In this document: piece by piece, positions 25,325 to 36,930 of the stretch
Numbering within the stretch: position 1 is the first letter of the stretch
Layout of the letters: each line of letters opens with the position of its first letter
DNA from: Mobula hypostoma
Taxonomy: Eukaryota
DNA: 64,000 nt
Assembly: GCF_963921235.1 (NCBI RefSeq)
Contig: NC_086118.1
Coordinates: forward strand, 14,510,001-14,574,000
Direction of reading: 5' to 3'
Notes under the pieces: generated by a model
The model's database searches: none
Told to the model about the DNA's origin: nothing
What the model saw: the letters and a program-made list of their open reading frames with translations, nothing else
Made by a program: the position numbers and the translations under genes

Positions 25325-25950
25325 GATTAGATTAGATTAGATTATGAGGACACGCAGTCCTCTTTTATTGTCATTTAAGTAATGCATGCATTAAGAAATG
25401 ATACAATGTTCCTCCAGAATGATATCACAGAAACACAAGACAAACCAAGACTAAAAAAACTGACAAAAACCACATAATTATAACATATAGTTACAGCAGT
25501 GCAAAGCAATACCGTAATTTGATGAAGAACAGACCATGGACATGGTTAAAAAAAAAAGTCTCAAAGTCTCTTGAAAGTCCCATCATCTTACGCAGACGGT
25601 AGAAACTCTCTTCCTGCCATGAACTTCCAGCGCCACAAACTTTCCGATACAGCACCCTGGAAGCATCCGACCACAGCCGACTCTTGAGTCCGTCCGAAAA
25701 CTTCGAGCCTCCGACACCAAGCACCGAGCACCATCTCCGCCGAGCACTTCGACCCCAGCCCCAGCGTCGGGCAATAGGCAAAGCTGAGGATTTGGGGCCT
25801 TCCGCTCTGGAGATTCTCGATCACACAGTAGCAACGACAGCGAAGCAGGCATTTCAGAAGTTTCTCCAGCTGTTCCTCCATGCTTCTCACGTCTGTCTCC
25901 ATCAAATCAGGATTGTGCACAGCCCCTACTTACAAATATGATATCATTTC
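25325..25950 (-). mobile_element. Unclassified non-autonomous retroelement with (TAATC)n tail
   Basis: Interrupts the CR1 3' region. Minus strand ends gacaataaaag..(ctaat)n; CpG-retaining body with no recognisable coding motif. Confidence 0.55.
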
Positions 25951-27259
25951 GGAAATAATAAAGGCTAATAGCTGGACACATGAATATGCAGAGGTTAGAT
26001 GATATGGATCATGTACAGGCAAGAGGTATTAGACATCATCTGCATAAGTAGTTAGGAACAGCATTGTGGGCCAAAAGGCCTGCGCCTGTGTGCTGTTCTG
26101 TCTCTGAAGAAAAGTAAGTGATATGCTGGAGGAATTGATGCACTTGCATTCATCTCCCATGTTTCTCAGAGTATTCGACAGGTTTAAAGTTTGGAAGATG
26201 CTGTCAAAGAGTCCTCTAAAGTTGCTGCAGTAGATGGTGCTAAATATGCTAGTGGTAGAGAGACTGAATGTATGAGTTGATAAAAAGGTTGTGCTGATAC
26301 TTGAGGTGTTGTTGGTGTTGCACTTGCTCAGGTACGTGAAGAATATTCCATCACACAACATAATTGTATACTGTTGGTGCTGGAAGGCTAATGGAAACTG
26401 AAAAGGAAGTTACTTCCCTCAACTTCTACCCTCACTTTTGCTGCTACATTATGTTGAGTTATTTGTGTGTTTGCCACTTGAAAGCACTGTGGGCAACATT
26501 TTACACCTGCCCATTGCTGATCACTGGTGGGGTATTAATTGGCCAGATTGTTCTTTTTGTGATTGGAAGGCAGTATGTTAGCATAGTGGTTGGTCCAAAG
26601 TTTTACAATGCCAGCTAGCACCAATCCAATCCAAATGCAGTTTTTTAAGGAGTTCATATAGTTTCCCCATAACCATTTATGTTTCCTATTGGTGCGCTGC
26701 TTTCCTATCATTTTCCAAAGACATTAGGATTAGGGCTAGTAAGCTGCAGGCATACTGTGTTAGCACCAGAAGCATTGCAACACCTGTGGGCTGCCCCCAG
26801 GGCATCCTCGGACTGTGTGGTCATTGATGCAAAACAACACTTTGCTCTGTATGTTTCAATGTACATGTGGCAAGTAAAGCTCACCTTTATATTTTTATCT
26901 TTAGCTGGCTAATTTTAACTTTGTCATGTAGATTCCAGTGTTTGTTGCTGTACTGGACCCACTTGGCTTGAAGCATTGTTGTTTCTGAGGAAAGTTCTCA
27001 GAGCCTTGGTATGCATTACTTTCAGTGTGCTAAGCCATCATGCATAGGAATTTCCTTTTGCAACAGTAATGATCATTTGGAATTCTTTACTCAAGAAGAT
27101 TGTGGATGCTACGACATTGGAGGAAATTACAGATGAGTTCGATTAAGTATTTGAAAGGCCAGGGAATTTTGAGCTATAAAATGGCATAGAAGAGGTCTGG
27201 AGATCATATTGAACACTGGGTCTGCTTTAAGGAGCCAAGTGACCTACTCTTGTGCCTAA

Positions 27260-27795
27260 ACACAAGAGATTCTGCAAATGCTGGAAATCCAGCTCAACAT
27301 ACACAAAGTGCTGGTGGAACGCAGCAGGTGTGGCAGCACCTATGAAAATTAATAAACAGTTGACAATTGGGCCAAGACACTTCATCAGGTCTAGAAAGGA
27401 AACGGGAATAAGAAAATAGGATAGGGAAGGAGGTCAAGTTAGAAGAAGATGAGTGAAGTCAGGTGGGTGGGTTGTAGGGAGGATGAAGTACGAAGCTGGG
27501 AGGTGATAGGCAGAAAGTGTAAAGGGCTGGAGAAGAAGGAATCCGATAAGAGAGAAAGTGGACTGTGGGAGAAAGGGAGCAGGGGGGCACCAGGTGGAGA
27601 TGTTAGGCAGGTAAAGAGAAGATGCCAGAGTGGGGAATTGCAGGAGAGGGAAGGGGGAGTGGGAAAAATTACTGGAAGTTGTAGGGATTAATGTTCATGC
27701 CATCAGATTGGAGGCTACCTAGATGGAATATGAAGTGTTGCTTCTCCAACCTGAGAGTGGCCTCATCATTGCAAAAGAGGAGGCCATGGACTGAC
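27260..27795 (-). mobile_element. Penelope-like 3' fragment
   Basis: Similar to 6854-7390; encodes the C-terminal ATLRLEKQHFIFHLGSLQSDGMNI-type sequence; degenerate hammerhead near 27357-27393. Confidence 0.8.
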
Positions 27796-28109
27796 TTAAA
27801 ATGGATGTACCCTTGCTCCTGCCTTCTTGTGTTACTGCCAAATCTCCACTCATTGAACCAGTTTTGATTCCCTGGCTTGATGGTAATACTAGATTGAAGA
27901 ACATGTTATAGATTATGTGGTTGATACTTATGACTTGCACCTCCAGGGACCAGAATTCAAACTTGATCTCAGGTACTATCTTGGTTGCATGGGGGAGAAC
28001 ATGTAAGCTCTTGGTAGCAGCACCCATGATAACCAGGCACCAGGGATGATGATCACCATCCCGTAATCTGTGGCTTTCCTACCAATGCTCTGACTACAAT
28101 CCACATTTT

Positions 28110-28355
28110 TTGTACATTTATCTATTTATTGAGATACAGTACAGCTGCACTGCCCTGCAATCTCCTGATTTAATCCTAGCATTATCATGGGACATTTTAC
28201 AAAGACCAAATAACCAATTAACTGGTACGTCTTTGGACTGTGGGAGGAAATCCGTATGGTCACAGGGAGAACGTACAAATTCCTCACGGGCAGTGGGTGG
28301 AAATGAACCCGGGTCGCTAGTACTGTAAAGCATTGTGCTAACCACTACGCGACCG
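28110..28355 (-). mobile_element. V-SINE (HE1-like)
   Basis: Reverse complement of the SINE at 6405-6690 with clear A box (gcgtagtggttagc) and B box (gggttcatttcc). Confidence 0.8.
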
Positions 28356-29446
28356 TATGCATGTTACATAGCTCTATATTAAACTTGAATCTGATGCTTA
28401 AAGAAAGTGGGGGAAGTGAGCCTCAGTTAGTATAAACAAAGGACTGGAAATGTGAGTTTAAAAGGATGAATGAGAAACAATTCCTCATGAGCCAAATGCT
28501 GAGGCATTAGTACTTCTGAAGAACTGGAGACTAGATTGTTGGCGTTTTACTGTGCTTGTCCTTGGTCAACGCTCCTAAAGGAGATTACCCGGCTGGGGTC
28601 ATGTAGCTGCTTTCGAAGCTTGCTCTATGCAAGTTGTCTGGCGTGTTTCATGCATGTTACAGAGGCATTTCATGGGCAGGAAAATACTTTTGATTCATAC
28701 TATAAAAGATTTGAAAATCTCCACATAGATAACTTAGAAACCTAGCAAAACTCCTGTTTTAATCTTGGGATGTGATACAAACATTATGTTAGGAGTATGA
28801 AAGCCTGGGTCTTTGATGCTCCCGCCCAATTCTGGTGGGTGTCCATTCATCCTATACAGGCAGGCAGCCTCTGTGGAAACCACTCAACCTGCACAGACTA
28901 ATGGGGTGCAGTCTAAAGATCAAGTGATATCCATTTAAAACCAAGATGAGCAGGAGTTTTCTCTCTCAGATGCTTGTGACTCATTGTGTCTTTCTACTCC
29001 AGAGAACTGTAGATACCCAGTTATTAACTGTATATAAGATTAGGAAAACATTTTATAGACTACAGATTATTTGAGGAATATGAGGACTGAAAGGAAAGTG
29101 GAATTGAAGTCAGAAGGGGATTAGCTCTCAGTTTATTGAATAGTAAAGAATGCTCAAGCAGCCGTGTTTTTTGTGCTTAAGGGCAAGACAATTGTTTACA
29201 CTTGGTGACTGAATTTGGGCTGGTTGGAAGTGAGTAGCTCAAATCTCACAAAACTGCCTAAAGTTATACAACTAGGTCAATGTGAAGAAACAGAATAAAA
29301 TTGCCTATGAAAATTAAGGATTATCTTCTATTTAAAAAAAAAGAAACATGTCGCCTCTTTGTTTGAGGATCTGTATTGCAGTAAGTCCAAAACCAAAAAC
29401 ATTAACCAGTAAAAATGCCCACTGTAGAAATGCACTCTTATAATAA

Positions 29447-30707
29447 GACCATAGACCATAAGACATAGGAGCAGAATTAGGCTATTCAGCATACAGAGTC
29501 TGGTCCGCCATTCCATCATGGCTGACATATTATCCCTCTCAGTCCCATTCTCCTGCCTTTTCCCCACAACCTTTCTACAGCTGTACTTATCAAGAACCTA
29601 TCATCTTTCACTTTAAATATACCCAATGACTTGGTGTCCACGGTCATCCATGGCAATAAATTCCACAGATTCACTACCCTCTAGCTAAAGAAATTCCTTA
29701 TCTCTGTTCTAATGGAACGTCCTTGTATTCTGAGGCAGTGTCCTCTGATCCTAGACTCCCCCACTATAGGAAACATCCTTTCCACGTCCACTTTATCTAT
29801 TCCTTTCAATATGCCTTTCAATATTTGGTAAGTTTCAACGGGATCCCCTCTCATTCTTTTAAACTCAAGTGAGTACAAGTCCAGAGCCATCAAATGCACC
29901 TCATACATTAATTCTTTCATTCCCGGAATCATTCTTGTGAACCTCCTCTGGAGCCTCCCTAAAGCCAGCACATCTTCTCTTGGATAAGGGGCCCAAAACT
30001 GCTTACGATATTCATAGTCATCCTGCATCAGGACTTCTGATGTAGGGAGTTGACCCCAATTGCTCATAATTCACCACCCCCCACAGTCATAGTCATAGTC
30101 ATAGTCATACTTTATTGATCCTGGGGGAAATTGGTTTTCGTTACAATTGCACCATAAATAATAAATAGTTAAATAGTAATATGTAAATTATGCCAAGAAA
30201 TAAGTCCAGGACCAGCCTATTGGCTCAAGGTGTCTGACCCTCCAAGGGAGGAGCTGTAAAGTTTGATGGCCACAGGCAGGAATGACTTCCTATGACGCTC
30301 TGTGTTGCATCTCGGTGGAATGAGTCTCTGGCTGAATGTAACCCTGTACCCACCCAGTACATTATGTAGTGGATGGGAGACATTGTCCAAGATGGCATGC
30401 AACTTGGACAGCATCCACTTTTCAGACACCACCGTGAGAGAGTCCAGTTCCATCCCCACAACATCACTGGCCTTATGAATGAGTTTGTTGTTTCTGTTGG
30501 TGTCTGCTACCCTCAGCCTGCTGCCCCAGCACACAACAGCAAACATGATAGCACTGGCCACCACAGACTCGTAGAACATCCTCCGCCTCACCCAGCAGAT
30601 GTTAAAGGACCTCAGTCTCCTCAGGAAATAGAGACGGCTCTGACCCTTCTTGTAGACAGCCTCAGTGTTCAAGTGTGGTGTGACTAATGCCTTATAAAGC
30701 CTCAGCT
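29447..30707 (-). mobile_element. CR1 3' fragment interrupted by a Rex-type insertion
   Basis: ORF 29681-30067 has QFWAPY..QRRFTRMIPG..YSLE; the CR1 resumes at about 30670 (aagtgtggtgtgactaatgccttataaag). Confidence 0.85.
30013..30670 (-). mobile_element. Rex/Babar-type 3' fragment with (ACTATG)n tail
   Basis: KKGQSRLYFLRRLRSF..SHPLH..RKSFLPVAIKLY; tail catagt repeats at 30013-30018 and 30087-30110. Confidence 0.88.
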
Positions 30708-30914
30708 AAGGAGAAAAGAATAATTAAAAACGAGTTCTGTTGCATTTATTTCTGCAGTTTGTCCTCTGGCCTTGTTAGAAGATAGAGTTCAAGTGTGTTT
30801 TAGTCATGGAGGTGTGGTGTATCTATAGTTGTTGGAATGAATTCAGTGAAATCCATGGAATTTGTGTCATTTAGCACCTTGCCCACCTTGTCCGGCTGAA
30901 CCTGTCTGTAGCGG

Positions 30915-31138
30915 AGACACAGGAGACTACAGATGCTCAAATCTGGAGCAACAAACAATCTGCTTTAGGACTCAGTGGATCAAGCAGCATCCATGGGAAG
31001 GGAAGGAATTGTTGACGTTTTGGGTGGAAATCCTGCATCAGGACTTCTGATGTAGGGAGTTGACCCCAATTGCTGATAATTCACCACCCCCCACAGATGC
31101 TGCTTAAACTGCTGATTTGCTGTAGAAGATTGTTGACT
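30915..31138. mobile_element. Degenerate Penelope-derived inverted insertion
   Basis: Arms aagcagcatc..cctgcatcagga / ttctgatgtagg..gatgctgctt centred near 31044. Confidence 0.65.
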
Positions 31139-31414
31139 ACTCTGATAAAGTACTCTGATCACTTCACAAGCATGATTAAAATAGACAACATCTGAATATG
31201 AGAGGCTAGATTTGGATGCAAGATTCTTTTGATAATGGAATTAATCCTGCCAGCCTCGCTCATAACTTGTCTATTATTGGTGTATTTTGCCAAGAGTGTG
31301 GGCTTTCTTTATATACTTCATCCTTATCAATTCTGGCATTGCAATTATTAAATGACATGGGGAGGGAAAGAGAGCTCTGAAGTGGATCTATTCTGAAGAT
31401 GTCATGCACATGTC

Positions 31415-31702
31415 CAACATAGTGGTTAGCACAACACTTTGCAAACCAGTGACCCAGGTTCAGTTCATGCCACTGCCTGTTAGGAGTTTGTACTTTCTCC
31501 CCATGACTGTGTGGGTTTCCTCCAGGTGCTCCGGTTTCCTCCCACAATCCAAAGACGTATTAGTTGGTAGGTTAATTGGTCATTGTAAATTGACCTGTGA
31601 TAAGGCTAGTATACAACTGAGGGATTGCTGGGCAGCATGGCTCAAAAGGCCAGGAGGGCCTATTCCGTGCTGTATCGCGATAAATAAACAAACAAATAAA
31701 TA
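31415..31702 (+). mobile_element. V-SINE (HE1-like)
   Basis: A/B boxes, V-domain gggtttcctccaggtgctccggtttcctcccacaatccaaagac, (TAAA)n tail. Confidence 0.85.
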
Positions 31703-32596
31703 ATCAAATAGCGGACAGATCATTTGTGGTGTTTAGTGTAAGCTTTACTTTAGATCTTGAGCTCCTAAGTAGAATTGTACTTCAGCAGGAAGATGGCCTG
31801 CGAAGTGGAGTCTGAGCTCATCTTTAAAGAGTAGACGTGTCCCAATGTTAATGTGAACATTGACCAGTTAAACTTCACTTTTTCACGTAAACCTTGAGGA
31901 TGGAAATCTTGTTGGTGATGAAGCCTTTCTTCTCAGTACTTCGTTTCCTCACTTATGAATTAGGAGGGAATGGGACTCCTCCATGTTGTCTATACATTTC
32001 ATATTCAGAGTATAATAGTCCAGAAGTTGTTGGTGGTTCCACATAGAACTGCCAGTCATTACTCATTTAAGTAACAGCATTGTCAAACACAGACTCCTGG
32101 TATGCTGAATCTATCAGTTTGCTCTGTTCCATCTTGCTGAGGTTCCCCAGGGAAATTGGGCTCTGTGCCATGTGAAGTAAATGTAAAATTAAATACTGCT
32201 TAATCAAATATTTTGGTGTAAATTTGTTTTTAAACACTTAACGGAAGGAGACTTAATGATTTTATTTAAATATAGAAAATAATTGTAAAAATTATCACAT
32301 ACTTCATTCAGAAACATTTTAAAACTGTTAAATAACCCTTGTGCTTACGGCCAGCATACCTGGGGTGCATCTTTGCCATCTGTCATAGCTTCGAGGACAG
32401 TGATTATCAGGTGGGTGGACTTCCCTCGGCATTGCTGGCAATGCCCTGCCCCTTTCAAGTGATATCACTGGAATCCTGAATGCTTCAGAACAGTTAGATA
32501 GCACCTCAGCATCTAGATGAGGTTAGAGTGAGACATTGATGTCTCTTTGGGTAGAGCACACAGGAGGACAGGTCCAGCGAGGTCTGGCCTATCAGG

Positions 32597-32708
32597 TTTG
32601 CAATGGTTGCTTCATCCTCTTCGTCCTCTGGATCTTTAAAAGTCGGCAAAGGGTTTAACAACTCCTCCAACTGCTGTGTGATGGAGGCCGCCATCTTCCT
32701 CTTGCCTC
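32597..32708 (-). pseudogene. AATF: 5' fragment of AATF (short 5' UTR plus about 32 codons), apparently processed
   Basis: gaggaagATGGCG start context. MAASITQQLEELLNPLPTFKDPEDEEDEATIA matches the remembered vertebrate AATF N-terminus (human ..LALQLEQLLNPRPSEADPEADPEEATAA..). No GT donor in the segment and similarity ends abruptly. Confidence 0.75.
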
Positions 32709-32828
32709 TCTGTCTGTCTGTCTGTATCTTGTTTTACAGCAGTTGGCATCCAGCTTAATGGTGCATTACCGCCACCCTCTGCTCCAGAGTGTGCACTAGA
32801 CATATATTCTAAATCCCTTCACCCAATT

Positions 32829-32893
<65 letters not shown>

Positions 32894-33232
32894 CACTTCA
32901 CCCTCCCATCTTTGACCATCCTAGTACCCTATTCCTGTTTATCCATCATATCCTATAAAAAACCCCTGTACCCCTTAAAAATGCTAAAAATACCCGGACT
33001 TGTGCTCTCTCACCCATGCCCAGCAACCCTTTTAATGTGAATTCCTGCACCCCCAACTCCCTTAATTTAATTCTCATCATCTCTCTCTGTATCCCATACT
33101 TCCTGCAACACAAAACTACATGTTCTACTGACTCCTCTTCCTGACATTCCTCACACAATCCTGTCTGGTGTTTCCCTATCATCTTCAATGTTTTGTTTAA
33201 TGCACAATGCCCCAGCCTTAACCTAGTCCAAG
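32709..33232 (-). mobile_element. I-group (Nimb-like) LINE 3' end
   Basis: TRLRLGHCALN..CEEC-x7-H-x4-C knuckle; 3' UTR with (TG)n, terminal ggtggcggtaatgcacc..ggatgccaactgctgtaaaac and (GACA)n tail. Confidence 0.75.
32830..32890. repeat. (CA)n microsatellite, about 30 units
   Basis: Directly visible; lies in the LINE 3' UTR. Confidence 0.97.
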
Positions 33233-33299
33233 CTATGTATGGTTCACTGGAGAGCAGAGCACACTGTAATCTCAAGGGAACAAACCTAAAATAGCCACA

Positions 33300-33620
33300 G
33301 AGAGATATAGCACAGAAACATCCCTTTAATGCATCAAGGACCCATGTTTACACACTAAATTTGCCCAAGCCCCTTCTTTACTCTCCACGTGCCAATCAAC
33401 AACTCCCAATTAAATTCTACCACTCCTATATACGTGAGGGGCCAATTGCTGTGGGTAATTAACCTACCCACCAGCACATCTGACATGGAAGGAAACCAGA
33501 TCTCCCACAGGAAATGGTTGTGGTCACAAGGAGAATGAATGTGCAGACTCCACGCAGACAACACTGGAGGTGAGGATCAAGCCAGGATCACTGGAGCTGA
33601 GAGGCAGTGAGAGGAATAGT
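33300..33620 (-). mobile_element. Older V-SINE
   Basis: Reverse V-domain (taattaacctacc..ggaaggaaaccag) and tRNA-like head. Confidence 0.6.
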
Positions 33621-33994
33621 GTGTGTGCATCTCCTTCATTTAATTCCAAGGCAGCAGAAGTTAAACTTCTCAATGGCAAAAGAACATGTCGTAAGTGCAT
33701 GATGTGAGGGAAGCCACATACCAAACCTTAAGTACTGATTCTGCTTTATTGGTGCTCTGTTTAAAAAAAACATATAATCTGGGTGGGCTCCTCATAACTT
33801 TGTCATCGTGTTTTTGGACTTCTGTTGCCATTATCTCATTTAACGTCATTCGTTTTGCATTGTTCATAAATAATAGCCGAGACAGACCAAGGCTACATGT
33901 TAAATAAACTGAAGAGAAAATGATTTTGTTTTGATTCCTAATGTTTTGCAAACTGATTTAATTTGTGCTTCTGTTATTCTTCTCAATAACTTCG

Positions 33995-34130
33995 GCGCGT
34001 CACAGTGGTGTAGCCAGTTGAACTGCTGCCTGTCAGCTCCAGCATCTCTGGTTCAATTCTGACCTCCAGTGCTATCTGTGTAGTCTTATACATTCTCACT
34101 TTGACCACAAGTGTTTCCTCTGGGTGGTCT
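33995..34130 (+). mobile_element. SINE 5' fragment (tRNA-like head)
   Basis: cacagtggtgtagc..ctgcctgtcagctccag..ggttcaattctgacc. Confidence 0.6.
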
Positions 34131-34564
34131 GAATGGGGAATGAAAATTAATTTTTTCACTTCTTCCAGTGGACTTCTTTGTCTTATATAGATTTTTAAAA
34201 ATTCAAACGCTCCTTAAAAATGTTCCCTTTTACAATGCTAAAAATGGATTAACATATCAAAATATTTTTGACTCTTGAGAGCTGGAACTGCGGCATGGTG
34301 AGCCTCCTTGGATGCCATCCCAGATCTAGGAAAGTGGGTACATTTATGTAATTGTGGTATTTACCTATGCCTGTGGTTACATAACAAAGATATCCTCCCA
34401 AAAAGGAGCCATAATGAAGACCCTCACCTTCTCTGACTTGACTTACTGTTACACGTGACCTCTCCTGTTGCCCCTGGAAACAGAGAAGGAATCAAAAGAG
34501 GTGACTATTTGTATTCCAAAATTCAATTGCACCCCTTCCCATCAGAACTGAAACCTTGGAGGCT

Positions 34565-35525
34565 ACAGCAAGGCTTGGTGTTGGGACCGCAGCTACTTAC
34601 AATATACATTAATGATTTGGATGAAGGGATTAAAAGTAACATTAGCAAATTTGCAGATGACACAAAGCTGGGTGACAGTGTGAAATGTGAGGAGGATGTT
34701 ATGAGAATGCAGGGTGACTTGGGCAGGGTGGGTAAGTAGGCAGATGCATGGCAGATGCAGTTTAATGTGGATAAATGTGAGGTTATCCACTTTGGTGGCA
34801 AGAACAGGAAGGCAGATTACTATCTGAATGGTGTCAAGTTAGGAAAAGGGGAAGTACAACAAAAGTTCATCAGTCACTGAAAGTAAATATACAGGAACAG
34901 CAGGCAGTGAAGAAAGCTAATGGTATGTTGGTCTTCGTAACAAGGGGAGTTGAGTATAGGAGCAAAGAGGTCCTTCTGCAGTTGTACAGGGCCCTGGTGA
35001 GACCACACCTGGAGTATTGTGTGCAGTTTTGGTCTCCAAATTTGAGGAAGGACATTCTTGCTATGGAGGGAGTGCAGCGTAGGTTCACTGGGTTAATTCC
35101 AGGGATGGCGGGAATGTCGTATGTTGAAAGATTGGAGCGACTTGGCTTGTAGACACTGGAATTTATAAGGATGAGAAGGGATCTGATTGAGGCAGGAAAC
35201 ATGTTCCCGATGTTGGGGGAGTCCAGAACCAGAGGCCACAGTTTAAGAATAAGGCGTAGACCATTTAGAACGGAGTTGAGGAAAGATTTTTTCACACAGA
35301 GGTTTGTGGATCTGTGGAATGCTCTACCTCAGAAGGCAGTGGAGACCAATTCTCTGGATTCTTTCAAGAAAGAGTTAGATAGAGCTCTTAAAGATAGCGA
35401 AGTCTAGGGAAATGGGGAGAAGGCAGGAACAGGGTACTGATTGTGGATGATCGGCCATGCTCACAGTGAATGGCGGTGCTGGCTCAAAGGGCCGAATGGC
35501 CTACTCCTGCACCTATTGTCTATTG
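34565..35525 (+). mobile_element. CR1 3' fragment with internal deletions
   Basis: QGLVLGPQL..INDLD..KFADDTKLG; LVRPHLEYCVQFWSP; CR1 3' terminus ending ctattgtctattg. Confidence 0.92.
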
Positions 35526-36624
35526 AATGAAGCAGTAAATCCCAAGGGCATTTATTTCAAAGAGCAAATTTTTCTGTAAAGTGGCAAAGAATTCTTTTTC
35601 CTTGTGATGATAAGTTTGAACTTTTTTATGTAGAATGTATGTTGTCAATGGGAATGTATTTGTTCACCCCCCCCTACCATTTTGCCAATCAACAAACTTT
35701 ATCCTCATAATCATTATGTACTGTGTTGTATGACATGGGTGATCATGGTCTCAGAAGTGGTTTGCCATTGCTGCCTTCTGGGCAATGTCTTTGCAAGATG
35801 GGTGACCCCAAACAATGTCAATATTTTTCAGAGATTGTCTGCCTGGTGTCAGTGGTTGCATAACCCAGACTTGTGATGTACACCAGCTGCCCATATAACC
35901 ATCTTCCACCTGCTCCCATGGCTACATGTGACCCTGATCGGGGTTCGGGTGGGGGAAGGTTTGTAAACAGTTGCTACACCCTGCCTGATGATGACCTGCA
36001 GGCTCGTGGAGGGAAGGAAAGGCTCACACATTCTTTCATAGTCTTTTCGCCACCCTGCCACCCAAAACAAACTTTATAACCTTAACACATAGAAAATTCT
36101 TTCACTTCTTTGCCCATGCCTATAGGTAAAGATGCAGTGCATTGCAATTACATTCTGTTAAACAATGCTACTAAGATAACAACTGAGCACGTTGATATCA
36201 GAGGTTTGGAAGTTGGTCAATTAGCATTATGTAGAACTGGCACAGTAGGGGGATTGAGCCCGTGAAGATCAACCATGCACATTGAATGGTGGGCAAGCTT
36301 AAGGGGCCTGGTGGCCTACACCTGCTCCTAACTTCTTGTGTTCTTAGGTTTACAATTGAACTGAAACTTAACAGGATCAACTTTATGCACACTGTGGCTA
36401 CGTGTTCTCTGACAAATTACTTGCCAGTTGTCTCCCTTCCCACCAGCTTTAAGCCATCAGTCAGGAAAGTAAAATAATTCACCAGCTCAAACAAAAAGTT
36501 GACATCACATAGGCAAAGCAATTCCCTTGTCTGGCATTTTTATCCATCACCAGAAGTATTTGTTCCCTCAATCGCTGATGCACCATCGTCAAAAATCAAA
36601 TCACCTACAGGATATTTTCCAGCA

Positions 36625-36930
36625 ACTACGGTGTAGTTGGATGAGACAAAAACTAAAGGTCATGGGTTAAGGGTGAAAGGTGAAATGTTAAAGGGGAATA
36701 TGAGGGGAAACTTCTCTCAGAGTGGTGAGAATGTGGAACAAGCTGCCAGCGCAAGTGGTGGATGTGATTTCAATTTCCTCACTTGAGAAGTTTGCATAGG
36801 TACATGGATGGGAAGGGTATGGAGAGCTATGATCAAGGTGCAGGTCGATGGGACTAGGCAAATTAAATAGCTCTGTATGGACTGAATGAGCCAAAGGACC
36901 TGTTTCTGTGTTGTAGTTGTCTATGATTCA
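36625..36930 (+). mobile_element. CR1 3' fragment
   Basis: Similar to the end of the CR1 at 58130-58417. Confidence 0.7.

Larger units (their letters stand above)
19700..26105 (+). mobile_element. Degenerate CR1 (host of three nested insertions)
   Basis: RT motifs FSKAFDKVPH (20340-20370) and ADDTKIGG (20578-20600). Continues after 20233, 25027 and about 25960 to a CR1 3' end near 26100. Confidence 0.8.

Noticed and set aside
28290..28355. tRNA genes at SINE heads
   Set aside because: A/B boxes run directly into the V-domain; these are SINE heads, not cloverleaf tRNA genes.
30087..30110. Short tandem arrays (catagt, gatta, taga) as CRISPR-like or telomeric repeats
   Set aside because: They are LINE/SINE 3' tails or microsatellites with no spacers.
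32506..32694. Functional AATF gene nested antisense in the intron
   Set aside because: Similarity stops after about 32 codons, there is no splice donor, and I saw no further AATF exons.
35720..36055. Possible SINE/RTE-related fragment (gtggtttgccattg motif)
   Set aside because: Probably a repeat, but family and boundaries could not be supported.
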